Part shown: piece after piece, positions 39,751-52,751 of the stretch
Layout of the letters: each line of letters begins with the position of its first letter
How positions within the stretch are numbered: position 1 is the stretch's first letter
Source: Trichosphaerium sp. ATCC 40318
Taxonomy: Eukaryota; Protista; Tubulinea
Direction of reading: 5' to 3'
Assembly: GCA_038496445.1 (NCBI GenBank)
Contig: JALMLS010000179.1
Coordinates: 310,001 to 374,000 of the forward strand
DNA length: 64,000 nucleotides
Made by a program: the position numbers and the translations under genes
Notes under the pieces: generated by a model
Seen by the model: only the letters and a program-made list of their open reading frames with translations
What the model was told of the DNA's origin: nothing
Database searches by the model: none

Positions 39751-40356
39751 TTATTTCTTGCAAGCACGAGATAAACTCGTGATGCGTGCACTTGACGCAA
39801 AGTGCATCAATGGTGTGCGTAGCAGAGATGATACCGTTGTGTTTTGCTCAAAGCACTTCTTAACGAAATGAATGATGCACACTGGCGCTTTGGCATCTAT
39901 CAATCTATTTATCTGACGTCCAGAGTTTGTGTAATGAGCTGTGAGGTATGTAAACCCTGTTTCGTTGGCCATGTTTACCCACTCATCGCCGTAATCACCG
40001 AGGTAAAGTCTAACAGCCAAGTAACCAATGTGGGAGACATCTGTGGTCATGGAATCGCCTTGGTCTGGGAATTGGTATGCATCACCGTCGGTTATCTTTG
40101 TTGCTCTGTTTGTACCACCGAGCTGTATCTGACCCTTTGGCATGATCGTGATGGCTTTTGGAGATACTCCCAAGTGTGCGTAGCCAGCCGAGTGAATGTT
40201 CTGCACTTGTGTAGCCGTCTCCTTCAGTACTATCGCAATAGCACCAAGGTTGAGACGTTTACAAGCAAGCTTCTCGAGGTTTTTTGGCTTCTGTGCTGCA
40301 GTGCGTGTACGTCTTGAGAGTACGTTGATAACGGATGTTCTGATGAAAGAGAGCAT
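39751..40356 (-). CDS. Intronless pseudokinase consisting of the C-lobe only (STE20/OSR1/STRAD-like)
   Basis: IAIVLKETATQVQNIHSAGYAHLGVSPKAITIMPKGQIQLGGTN aligns with alphaE, catalytic loop and DFG region, with HRD replaced by HLG and DFG by GTN. TDVSHIG corresponds to alphaF and HFVKKCF...SSLLRTP to alphaH/I. Confidence 0.7.
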   Translation of the reverse strand: MLSFIRTSVINVLSRRTRTAAQKPKNLEKLACKRLNLGAIAIVLKETATQVQNIHSAGYAHLGVSPKAITIMPKGQIQLGGTNRATKITDGDAYQFPDQGDSMTTDVSHIGYLAVRLYLGDYGDEWVNMANETGFTYLTAHYTNSGRQINRLIDAKAPVCIIHFVKKCFEQNTTVSSLLRTPLMHFASSARITSLSRACKK

Positions 40357-40438
40357 TGGAGGAGTTGTGTTGTTCGAGTTGTTTTTAGTATTTTGACTTA
40401 ACTACAAACTGAGGCCTAACTGCACACTAAAATCATCC

Positions 40439-40445
40439 ATTTATA
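40439..40445 (-). promoter_or_regulatory. TATA box of the pseudokinase gene
   Basis: TATAAAT about 85 nt upstream of the ATG, followed 25-35 nt later by Inr-like GCAGTT/TCAGTT. Confidence 0.55.
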
Positions 40446-41070
40446 GTACGAAACGCATTCTAGAAATCGCTTACGTTTGTGTATAGATTGTATTGTTTAC
40501 TGATCGTTGTCTAGATAAGGAAATCGGATTTTAACAATGTAAAAAAAAATGCCCGAAAAAAAAGAAATGTACTTATTTGGTTGTTCCAACAATAGACTTT
40601 ACGGATTAAACTGCTTTTGACAACGATCCTAACATGTGGCAACCTATTGCAGTCGCGTAAAAAAGAAAAATACGGAGGTAACAAATGATGTATTTTAATT
40701 GCTTTTTTTAGCTACTATCACTTTGAAATCTACTCTGAAACCAAACCCAAGAACCTCCCACAACAAATCATCATTTTTTGTACAACAGTTGTACCATAAA
40801 CAGACTCGCAGACTGATACGGAGAAATATTTTGTGTTGAGAATAACGGAAATAAATTATCGAGAAATTGAGAATCCGAGAACAAAACCAAAATGACTTGT
40901 TTGCACTCTTGACGCGCGCTCAGGGAGTAACAACATCCATACAAGGTGTTTTGGGAGGCGTTCGAAAATGGAGTTTGTGCAGTTTGCAAAACTAAAGACT
41001 CCAAAGTGTCTTAAAACATCATAATCTTACTTCTTGAACCGAACTAACCACTCCTCTTGCTTGCAATCAG

Positions 41071-41268
41071 ATGTCTACATTTACCAAGTCTCTCAAATCC
41101 TTTACGCGCAGCGTATGTAACCTACTCTCGCGAAAAACAACATCTGTGGTCGAAACCTCGATAATACATGGCCGAGTTACATTCTCAGAGCGAGTAGAGA
41201 TCATACCGACAATCGACGAGACAAAACGAAGAAGAAATAAACTCTCAGTTCAGACTCGACTTTGGTGA
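41071..41268 (+). CDS. Small ORF (65 aa) with RVxF-like PP1-docking motif
   Basis: GRVTFSERVEII. The N-terminus resembles that of the divergent pseudokinase. Confidence 0.45.
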   Translation: MSTFTKSLKSFTRSVCNLLSRKTTSVVETSIIHGRVTFSERVEIIPTIDETKRRRNKLSVQTRLW

Positions 41269-41647
41269 CTTGGAACTCGATTGTTCGCCTTTAAAACTCT
41301 GCTCACCTGCTCATATACCTCTGGCGATGAAGTTGTAAACCTCTAACTACTTCCCACCTTGTATAAAAAACCAACCAAACTAAAATGTAAAAATACACAC
41401 AAAAAACAAAAATGATGTAACAATAGTAAAAAAATGTATTCTTCCACACAACTTCTTGTGCTTATTTTTATTATTTCTAATACATGACTATACCTTTGAG
41501 TGACATCTATTGTGCCATTCAGCAGCGTTAACTGCATGTAAAAGTGTTGTTGCAGAAAATACAGTGACTATTGCAAACGAAACAATGGATTTTATTTTAA
41601 TGCTTTTTACTGTTCTACACGTGTTCACACGTGAAATATAACAAAAT

Positions 41648-42589
41648 TTATTTAACTGGTAGTACTACTTCAACATCGCACACGTTTGATGATAATAGTG
41701 TCAAGGCATGTTCTGTCATGTGTATAAAAAGTTCGCAACTCTGTTTCGGTGTGAGTATATTTTGCAATAATTTTGACCATTTTTCTAGAGACGATCTTAC
41801 TTCGTCTAGAAATTGCGATCCTTTCAAACAAGCACGTTTGATACTTTCACGATCGTGGCTCTCAACACCAGCTTTGACTCCATAAATAGATGATTTCAAG
41901 TTCATCAGAAACACTTCTTGTTCTTTCTCGACGTTCTAAGATTTGTGAAAAAAATAAGAATAACGAAGGATTTATCATCCTTGTGCGTACCTCCTCCATT
42001 TTGTTAAGGAAATTAGCTTGTTTTTTATTTAGTTTAAGCTTATCTCGGCATGCCTTTACTATTTCAAGTACAATCACGTGTGGGTTAAACGCTGAACCTA
42101 ATAAAGGTTGACATTCTTTTGAATTCAAGCGTAGAGCTCTACCTGATTCTTGTTGTGTTGCCATGAACAGAAAGGCTTTTGCCTAGAGAATCACAAGTTA
42201 GCCGGCGTCATATTCCATTGCAATCTCTTCGCTTACGTACTTGTTGTAGAGGTGTAAAAACTTTAAGTATTTTATTCGCTTTTTTCTTCAGACTTTCATT
42301 CCTTTTCTTCAAAAAAAGCATTAATATAGGTCCTTTGACACGTGAATTCAATATTTTAACCGGTGGTGATCTGTTATTGTTTTTTGTATCCAACGAATCT
42401 GTTGTTTCATTAATCTCCACAAATGTCCCTACTGGACTGGTACGTACTTTTTATGTCCTCGCAAGCTTTTATTGAGTTTTTTAGCTCAACTTCTGTAGGT
42501 ACTCTTTTAATTTCTTCTATTTTATCACGCTGAGCACGAGAAAGATCCACGTGCTCGCAAGTTCTGGTTACAAAAACAAGACCCATCAT
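41648..42589 (-). CDS. Hypothetical multi-exon protein
   Basis: ATG at 42589/42586 and GTACGT donors link the ORF fragments to a stop at 41648. No family recognised. Confidence 0.5.
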
Positions 42590-43192
42590 TTTGAATAATT
42601 TGCGGTTTGTTTAGTATATGAAAACTACAAATAGAACTACCCCTTTGAACAATTTATGGCTTGAATTCCAACAAGATATTAATTAATATCTTCTGTTTGA
42701 TCACCCAAAAGAAACAACGTGACCACGTGCCTTATTTATGTTAACTACCAGTTTAGTACCATACAACTATATGGACCCATTGCCGTCACTGCTATCAAAG
42801 AGCAGAGAACCCAAAATGACCGAAAGTATTCAACATTCGTACTTTTTCCTTGTAGTACCAAAGCCAGCTATTCATATTACAAATTAATGTGTCATTCGAT
42901 TGCCAACACAATCTTCGTCTCTAGGGGGAAAGACGCTCAGTTTATGTCTCGTGATTTGTATTGATAGTCTTGTAAACGCTTGAACTGTGACATTCCTTTT
43001 GGCTCAAGTGTGAGGCAAAAGATTTGAGCTTATACAGTCGTCCTTTGTATCAGCAGCGAACTGTTTGAGCTCATTGAGGCGATTGTTACGTTGAACAAGG
43101 CAGTCGAAATTGGGAATCTGACGCAAGCTGAACAAACAAGGCTTTTTTAAATTATTCTCATTTTATTTTTTTAATATTCTATTGTTGTTACA

Positions 43193-46100
43193 TTACAAGT
43201 GAGATAGAAGATAAAACATAATCCCAAAGTAAATAACATTAAAAACCAAAATACCAGCAATAATAGAACCAGTATTAGTATTCTTATGTCTATAAAGGAC
43301 AAAGAACCAATAAGAAAAAAGGCCATAACTAACAACGACTAAACCGAAAGCAAAAGGTCTAGCTAGTGTGCTAAGCTTTTCAGTACTACCAGGATTAAAC
43401 AAATGAGTAATCTTTTGGCTCAATCCGCTAAACGTAATCTCAGGATGATCCAAAATCCCTTCGTTCCCGACTTGACTAACGTCATCACCCTCTATAACAT
43501 TACCAGTACCTTCATTAGCATCCTCAGACTCTTGGCTTATCTTTGAAGACGCAAGGAAAGCGTTTCTTGATTTTCTAGCTTCTACGGATGTGTAGATTAT
43601 AAAAGTACGTATTTCTACTGGTTTGATAGTCACTGGTCCTGTTACATCACCAATAGAATACATATGAGTCAACTTCGTCTCTTCAATAGTCTCTTTATCA
43701 CTTAACTGAAACGATTTACTTAAGTCTACTGTAACGGCCTTTTTATCATTGTCCTCCCATGGTACGTAGTGTATACGTAGAGATACTTGGTTAGGTTTCC
43801 AAGAAGCGTGCCTGGCTTTGTAAGATATAACATGAAGTCCATCTGTTGTTGAAATAGAACTATCTGGAGACAAAAGACTTGAGGTTTTCTTGAGCTTCCA
43901 AGCTGATATCTTTGGTATGGCTGATCTTGCGTGGACATAATGGAATGGATGCGTATGAGAAAGACTTCGGAGACCAGTCTTTGTTGTCAAGAAAGTCATT
44001 GGTGACTCCACTAAAAATATGACTGTTGTTAGCAGCGATTTGATTTGTTTTTGCATGTTTTGACTCAAAGCGAGATAGGATTTAAATAAACGTACCAGGA
44101 GCTGATTCTAGACGTAGCTTGAATTCCAACATTGTTGGAATATTATCTTTAACACCTTGACCGACACCTCTGTTGTCATCCTTGTTCAGACGACGAGCGA
44201 GCATGATCTACGCGAAATGTAAAAAAAACGCTGAGGACTTCAAGTGAAAGAAAGTTGAGTGTTTATGCTAAGGAACTCGTACCTCTATCATGCCTTCAAC
44301 GCCTGTAGAAGAAACACCATGACCTTCTTGTGTCAAAACATTGAAACGACGTTTTTTATCTTGAACGAATGCCGCAGAAGACATTGGGAAGTAGTTAAAG
44401 TTAAGTGGTTGGTCAGTCCTAAATGGAAAACAAATAAGTCAAGAATATTCTTGTTTTTTTCTTGTTTTTTGTTATGCACCTGTATTTACTTCTCTTCAAT
44501 GTCAATCCATTCATATCGTTAAATAGTACATTGTCATTCTTAATATCTGTCTTGTATTTAACTACAACCTCACTATGCCTAAATTTAGTGATATCAACCT
44601 TCATCTGCGAAGAAACCCAATCACAACCTAAAACAACTTTTTTTAGAACTTGACAAAAACAAACTCTTATCTTTAAAACAAGGGTAGCCCTTCAATTTGC
44701 AGTGTATATAGACGTACTAGGACAAGAGTAGATTCCAAGTGTTCTATCTATACCATTAAAAGTAGAACGGAACTCTTGAATCAAACTTCCTTTAACAACA
44801 ACCATTGCTGTTCGTTTTCTTTGAAGTGGTTGTGGAGCTCCTTTTGGCATAAACAAGTATGCTCCTGATTTAACAGAATCTGTGTACTCTCCAAATTGTT
44901 CGTCAACAGTCATGGACAATCCTGACTTCTTGTCTCCATCAACCTTCTTGTTCTTTAATGAAACCATACGTCCAGTCGTAAGCGACATTGTCAAAGATAT
45001 CTTTGAATTCTCAATGACAGAAACGTCGGCCATTGACTTTCTCTTCAATCCAAGGAACTTCGCGTCCTCTTGTTTACCCTTCTTGATGAAAGATACTTGT
45101 GCTACATTCGATGCTGATGGTGGTTTGTCTATTCCTGATATGAAGTATGTCTGTAGAGACATTGGAGCAACATCAACAAGGAACAAGATGCGAACAACTG
45201 ATTCAGTGATACGATCTTCTACAATAACAGGAGCGATCTCATGCTTGATTACTTTACCAGCACTGTTCGTTACCTTGATGTTTGCTGTTGAAGAATACAC
45301 TGTTGCTACATCAACACGTTGTTGTGCCAGAGAGTTGATGATAACAACTGGTACGGTTTGACCTTTTGAGAGAGGTTAGAAAAAGACAAAGGGATAAAGA
45401 CTGCTTTAATACTTACCGTTTGAAACCTTTACTACTCTTGGTGCTCGGAGGTGATCGTGTTGTAGCGATTCTTTACCGTAAAAGAATACAGGTTTTTCTA
45501 AGAGAATATAAGCTAAACTGTAACTGTTTCATAAAGTATCGTACTCAATACAGTTTTTGCTCCTAGAACTATAGCACTATGCCTTTCAATGACATCTCGT
45601 AGCCCAGAATATGCTTTAAATAATATTCTACCATAATCCACATGTACAAAGTCCTTGGATGTTCCTAAGAAGATAGACCTTAGCAATCGCTTTCTTCCAA
45701 CAAGAAACAAAAATTTACCTGTAATTCCATCGTGATGTAAATAAAGACCGGCTGCTCTTCTTGCCTCTTGTATTACCTTAAAGTCATCCTTAGACTCGCT
45801 TCCAGACCACTGGTATAACATATCGGCTAGCCTAGTACAAGTTAGTATCCAATACAAAAATAAAAGAAAACAGTCACCTTATGGTATCTTCAATATCTCT
45901 TATAAAGCTCTTGTAGAATATTCTTGAAGTAAAATATCCACTCCAATAATCTTGGTGTCTATCTGAGTATGTAAAGAAATCACCTTGCAATACAGGCAAG
46001 TGTTTACGCCATTCTTTTTGTGAGTAGACTGTCTCTAAACAAATATTTTAAGCACTTTTTTGAAGTGGTTTATTAGAAAGTCGAACAGCACCTGATTTGT

Positions 46101-48014
46101 CCTGTTTGGGTTTTGTAGTAAAAAGTATGACTTACTCTCTGATCCTGTGAATTCTGTCTTCAATTGCTTGTAATAGTCACCTACGTTACCCCATTGAACG
46201 TTAACTTTTAGTTCAGAACGATGTTCGTTAATGTAGTCCATTATCATATTCATGCTGTTGATTTGTAGATTATACTTATCTTTGTTCACCCATTTAAAAT
46301 CATCACCTTTCATAACGTTAGAAAAACATCAAAGAGTTGTTTCAGCGTAGACCAAAGGTAGTTTTGAGTGAAAAATAAGGAATGCTATAACATAAAAACC
46401 AACTTTCATTTGTACATACCGATAGGGTGTAGTATATTGTTTCCACTCTTGTACATGGTAGCCTTCTTTTTATATTGGTCGACCAAGTTTTTAGCCAAGT
46501 GCTGTAAAGTAAGGTCAGGTATAACGAAACGAAGAAAAACGTTTTTCATTGCAATACGAAATAAAAAATCATACCGGAATATTTGCTGGTGACACTCTAA
46601 CAATAGTATCTCCCCAAGGTGTACGAGATCCAGGCTGATATAGCTGATACTGTGAGCATATTTTTGGATAAGGGCCACATGTATGAGGAACATCGTAATG
46701 ATAAAAAGGCATAATATGTGTGACAATATCATTAGCATTTTTATCAGTTTCATGTTGAGATCGCCAAAGAAACTCAAGTGTTTGTTCCTGTTTTAATTAT
46801 TAGCATTACGTTTGAAACTATAACACTCTAAACAAACATAAAAAGGATTCTTTACGTACTTTAGCAAACTTCTTCTTGAGACTGTAGTGTATTCTAGCAA
46901 TGATATTAGGTTAAACCCACAGTACACGTGTTGAAGAAGGAAAAAAAAAAGACATACCTTTGTCCGAGCATAAATTCTAGACCTGCCAAAGCGTTCAATG
47001 TAGCAATTGTAGGTGATAATCCGAATGGATCAATAGAGTATCCTGCAACTGGTTTATGGTCAAGGTTTTGTTGAACCCAATCTACCCAAAAAGGTTAGTG
47101 ATGTCCCAGGTTTTGTTAAGCGCATTAACGCACCATGTCCTTCAGCAAGTTGCTCTATGATACCCTCGTAATATGTAGAAGCTTCATCAGGCATTACCCA
47201 ACCTCCAGTGAGAACATCAAACTGACCAGTCTTCACAACGCTGAGATAATAACAATGTTTAGTACTTTTGATTGCACACTCACAAAACTTACGCTTTCAT
47301 TTTTTTGCGCATTTCTTCATTTGCTTGCTTCCACCACATGTCAAGGTATACCACCTCAGCCCATACGAACCTATATTTAGGGTTCTTTACAACAGGCGTT
47401 AGTATAAAAGAAAGCGTTGTACTTGAATGCTTGTTGGATGAAAAAATGATGTTCTGCAATTCAAGTTTCGGATGATGACCCTTTTGACAGTACGTACTTC
47501 GTAAAGAGAGTTCACCAAGTTATTGAGAATATGTTTAGTTTGTGCAGAAAAATAAGAATCGAGAGTTTTAACCCAACCTGGATCATTGTGGGAATGCATC
47601 ATCTGATACTGTGAGGCTGTGTATTTAAGCGTATCTGCGTACCACAAAAACGTTCAAAGGATCCTTTTCGGACCATGAAGCGTCATCATAGTTTACTGTA
47701 TACCCTTGGTTCCAAGCACCGCCATCTGGGTCGTCGAATGGCCACGATTGATAAACTTTGTTCATCTGAAGGATGTAAATATGAGTATTGTGTATATTTA
47801 AACTGTTTGGCGTACTTGTATTGGTTTAGGGTTCGTTGCAGGCCTTGGTTTTGGAAAACGGCCTAAAACGCGTATTAATTAACAAACGTTGTATTTTGTA
47901 TTATATAGAGTTGACATATAGTTTTATGCAGCGGGAGATTAAAAACGTGTAAAAAAACGCTAGTGTACCACAACATAGTGCCAAAAGAGCATAAAACACC
48001 CACAGGTGCTTCAT
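43193..48014 (-). CDS. GH38 alpha-mannosidase (Golgi mannosidase II-like) with two C-terminal TM helices
   Basis: [44 protein letters not shown] and KSGAYLFMP, plus a signal peptide and a C-terminal hydrophobic hairpin. Confidence 0.92.
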
Positions 48015-48328
48015 GGTGTATTATTTGTAGTCAGTTCAACAGCTACGTTGCTTAATACACTGACTCATTTTGACGTTAAGCAGTTTCTCACCACAGTGGC
48101 AGTATGTCCATTTCAAGGTTTTTTTGCCACAGGGAGTATACCAAGTTTCGTAGTAACAGACAAAGAAAACTCGCACACTTTCGTATCCCACGTGCTGAGT
48201 GCGCGTGCTATGGAATATTTCCTCACATTACAAAGAATGTATGCTATTAAACCATAAACAGCTTGTTGTAAGCGAACAGTGTTGACTTTTAAACTATTCT
48301 CTTCACCTGCCTTATTCAGTGTTTGGTA

Positions 48329-49469
48329 ATGGAAAACACCGCCAGTTCGCAAGCAAGGTCCCCAAGGGGCCCAAGATCAAATAGAACGCCCAACGCTTCG
48401 CCCAGGACAAGCGCGAGAGATACATCAGATGGACTCCAGGCTGATATAACCGAACTGCGTAATATAACCACAAGAATATTGCTCAAGATTGAAAAACGGT
48501 ATGCGCAACTGCAGAGGAAGGAAGCTAGGCAGAGGAAAAACGAAAAGAAGATAGCTAAGTGGGGAAGAGAGAAAATCAAACTAAACGTTGGCGGAAAGAT
48601 GTTTGAAACGATAGTGGCTAATTTGACAAAAGAAAAACCATCTTTGTTTGATTCGCTTCTAAAACTCTGGATAGAGTCAGATGTACGCCATAGAACTCTT
48701 TTTGCGCGTAATTGAGGGTTTTGCAGATAAAATTTGTTGGCGTTACAGTGCAATTCCCGTTTTAGTTAAAACTCGCCTAAATAGTCTGTAGGACACTGAC
48801 GCTCCCTTTTTTATCGACCGTGATCCAGAGTACTTCTCACCTATATTATTCTACCTTCGTCACGACACTTTCTCACCAAGTATTTACACACACTTCGAGC
48901 TACAGCAAATCGCTAATGAAGCAAAATTTTATAAATTATCTGGTCTTGTAGCGAAGCTTCAAAGAGTGACGTCTGCGCCTGTTTTATTCGACTCGAGTCT
49001 CTCTACAGGCTTTAACACATCTAACTCTGGCCTACAAGCGACGAGAAAAGGCACTGGATGGAGTATAGCATTAGCTAAGGACTCATCAAGTAACTGGCAT
49101 GTTAAAGTACTTAAGTGCTTCGGTCATAACGATAGGGTCGGTTTTCTCTTTGAAAAGAAGCTAAACATGGATAATATGCCGTTGATAACACCTTTGGCTA
49201 CATTTGGTGTATATCTAAAGAACAATCAGAACGATGGACCTGTAATCCATTCAGATAAGATAAAACAGGTTAAAATCAACTCAACAGTACCACAACCCAA
49301 TATTGGTTCTATAATAGGTTTTGAACAGACGTCAACAATGCTCTCTGTTTCTGTAGATGGCGCAGAGCTTGGTGTTTGGCGTATACCTAAAAACACTTTT
49401 TTGCTACCTGCTTTTGGTAGCCGTAATCCAGAAGCAAGTGTAATGTTCTACAACAGCGCAAGCGAGTGA
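48329..49469 (+). CDS. BTB/POZ (KCTD-type) protein with SPRY-like C-terminus, 2 exons
   Basis: IKLNVGGKMFET and FFIDRDPEYFSPILFYLR...EAKFYKL, followed by a beta-rich C-terminal domain. Confidence 0.85.
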
Positions 49470-49891
49470 ATACAAACAAACTGATTCATGGCTGTCAAAA
49501 AACAATCCAAATAAAGAAGTCAAAACTGACGCAACTATGACATCATGCAATAACGGAATTAAAACGAGTTCAGAAAAAAACAAAGCATGATGGCTTGTAT
49601 TTTAGTTCGTACTGCAACTAAGACATGTGCAATTAGTTCTTGCGTTTAACAACTATTTATTGCTTTTTTTGGAATATTTGTGTTGTCATTATCGTTGAGA
49701 TTAAATTAGTTTGCAAGATGGAAGCAACTTGCGCTACAACATAGGCGCTGAAACTATCAATTATCAGGTACGGATTGATAATAACACTTACATGGAAGGA
49801 TGATAGATTCCGAGATAGGATCGTTTATGCTGCCGCTTAATATATCAACATTTAAGCGCACCAATGACATTTAACAGATATTAGCCTCATA

Positions 49892-50759
49892 ATGGAAGAT
49901 TTTAAGGCGTTCATTGTTTCCCGTTTAAAACTAAGACCGTGGCCTGAAGTGTTTGACTTTAATTCGCTCAAAGTACCCTATCCTCCCTATTTAAACACTA
50001 GCCCATGTATTAAAACATATTAGGTACCCGCTGGCGTCGATAATCTTTTTGAACGTGCAGAGTACAATTTACGTTACTTTCTTGCCAACTATGTCGCTTT
50101 TATAAGCGTTGTAACGATTTTATATGGATTGTACGTAGTTTTACAATATAAACTAATTTGAAGCGTAAACGTATGCCTAAAGCTTCTTATACGCACCGAA
50201 GCTTTCTTGATAACCCAGGCATTATTTGAAACTAACACGTCATTAGTTTTCACTATCCGGCACTATTAGTTGGTCTAGGCACATGGGTGGCAGGTGTAAC
50301 AGGTAAAAACAACATAGATAGCTCATAGAGACAGATTAGTAATCAAGTTGATTGATAGGTGTCACAATGACGCTAGACCAAGCTGTCGTCATTAGCGGCA
50401 GTACTGTAGATCCAAACACTAGATATCTTGCAGCTATAGTTGGTACGCTTTATCAATCAGATCATTTTGAAGCCTAAAATATCGCTGTGAAAAAAAAAAG
50501 TACTTTCTGCTTAACTTTTTTTGTAGCTGGGTTTTTAGTACATTGGATTACAGGAAGTATACTTCAATTATTAATTAGTATTTTAATAGGGTTAGTAGGT
50601 ACGTACAAGCTACTACTAAAGTGTTGGCGCTTTACTAAACTTTTTTTTTAAGCTGTTTTGATGCACGCTTCATTCTTAAAGAGAGGATGGAAGAAACGCG
50701 CAAAATATACAAAGGATGGACTTGTCAATGCTTTTAAAGAAGAGCTCAAGATTCGCTAA
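49892..50759 (+). CDS. PRA1-family prenylated Rab acceptor, multi-exon
   Basis: LRPWPEVFD...RAEYNLRYFLANY...VLMHASFL. Absent from the ORF track. Confidence 0.85.
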
Positions 50760-51903
50760 ACAAAAACCACTTTATTAAAGTTTTATTGTACACATTTGAT
50801 TTACTGTTAGTATTTTCGTCATACATTTTCGTTTTCTGGATTGTAACCTTTTGAAAATGATATCATTCAGACACAAAATATTGTAAATTACGCATATAAA
50901 CAACAGGCGTGCACAGAACAATAGTTCAGGATCCTTAAAAGGATCAATAAAAGAATACAAAACTACTTTAAGCTGTCTTTTCATTTAAATAAAAAGTACA
51001 CTTACACTCCACTCTAAGTTGCTCTTCTCAATTTGAGTTATGTGCTAAGGTATCAAAGAAAAGTGAACCCGCAAAAAAGAATAAAAATATTGTAGTAGGA
51101 TCATCACACCGAAGAGAAATCTCATGTATTTCTATCCATCAAGCGAACTTGTGGTGTGACTTTTCTAAGCCTTCCTACTTTTGACTACGTGTAGCTACTC
51201 TACATACTGGTGTCCAGACCTGCGGCTGCATAGGTTATGTGCAACCAATCTTGTTATCACAGCAACCCCTACTACAGAGAGCTAGATATATGACAGTGTA
51301 AGGGTCATATTTTTTCGGAATACAAATTTTGGGAAATCGACATTGTCAATTTCAGGTTATTTGCAACCTATCTAACTTCTGATGGTATTCAATATTGACA
51401 GTTTAGTTTTTGTACACTAGAAATCGCCCTCAGAAAAAATTATGGGTAAGGCAAATACCTTCGCAATGCTGTATATGACACTGGCAAGAAGTTTCAGCGT
51501 GTTCAGTGTTGCATGGTGCTCAAAAATCAATCATAAAAAAACCAAAATCACTCAGATTTTAGCGTAATGACCCTTCTGTAACGAGTGAATGCTATATTGC
51601 GTTGAAACAACAAAATCTTGTTGCACACGAATTTCGATAATTTTATATCAATATCAATCATCAATGATTTCAGACTTAAACCGCAAAACTTCAACTTAAC
51701 ACAAAAAATACAAGAGCGCGTTTCTGATACCCATCATAGCCTTTTTAGTGTTCATACAACGCCATAGCATAATTATTCAAGGAAATCCTGTTTTCGAATT
51801 TGGTTGCAAAAGTCTAGATTGAAATAACTATTTTATTACGGGCAAATATAATCATTATTTCACGTCTCAATACGCACTCACAACAGCTCATAAATATATT
51901 CAA

Positions 51904-52311
51904 ATGCTTCAAACAATTCTACGCCTGTTTGGTTTGTCACACGTCAAAAACTTTTCGAAAACGCATAAAAAAAGCGTCAAAGATAACGAAACGCGTCTAC
52001 AACGACGAGAGGACTATATAAGACAGATACAAACACTACACTGGCACTTTGTACCAGATGTGGCTAAACACTACAACACGCTCACAACACTACTGTTACC
52101 CCACATGGTGGCATCAGCAGATGAGAATGGAGAGTTTACGCTTGACGGTCCAGAACACTTGATCAAAGCTGCTTATATTGCTATTACCCGCGACGGTCCA
52201 TTCCCTCCTCCATCAATGTTTCCAACAAGTTCCAGACAAGCCTACATTGAATATACGTACACATTTAACATAACCTTTAACTCACAACAAAGAGTGCAAC
52301 GTCGATTATGA
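51904..52311 (+). CDS. Hypothetical protein (about 135 aa)
   Basis: ATG-initiated ORF with an amphipathic basic N-terminus and a possible short 3' intron. No family recognised. Confidence 0.5.
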   Translation: MLQTILRLFGLSHVKNFSKTHKKSVKDNETRLQRREDYIRQIQTLHWHFVPDVAKHYNTLTTLLLPHMVASADENGEFTLDGPEHLIKAAYIAITRDGPFPPPSMFPTSSRQAYIEYTYTFNITFNSQQRVQRRL

Positions 52312-52751
52312 CGTATGAAAAATAGATCAATAAAAATCAATCATACCAAATTATCAATCATTTTTGTTTTTGTACAAAAGTTGAATAGGCCACGTATAGC
52401 ATGAAAATAAGTTTTGGTGAGTTAATTGGTCCTCCTACCAGACTTGAATGTAAATCCTCATATAAACGCCGTGGATGCTTCTTTGCGCGTAGAAAAGGCG
52501 ATTTAGTGTAGAGAAAGTCGTTTGCTGTACTGTACAAGAATGACATAAATCCAATTTTTGCTGCTAGTTTTCACCCATCTTAACGCTTCAATACAACGGT
52601 GTCGGAGAGTGCTTTCAATCGCATGCTAAGCGAATACAGAAATCTCGTAAAAAAAATGATATTTTTGGGATGTTGACACGAGTACATCTTCAATCACCTT
52701 GAATCCTTTTTATAATACATTTGTGATTTTATTTCTTACAGCGTTTGTGTC

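Noticed and set aside
42995-43012. CCTTTTGGCTCAAGTGT resembling U2 snRNA
   Set aside because: It lacks the AAGA segment, the GUAGUA branch-pairing sequence and the rest of U2.
7756-45361. Many antisense or overlapping ORFs in the track (for example 7756+, 22010-, 37232-, 39844+, 44882+)
   Set aside because: Shadow frames of real genes on the opposite strand, with no recognisable motifs.
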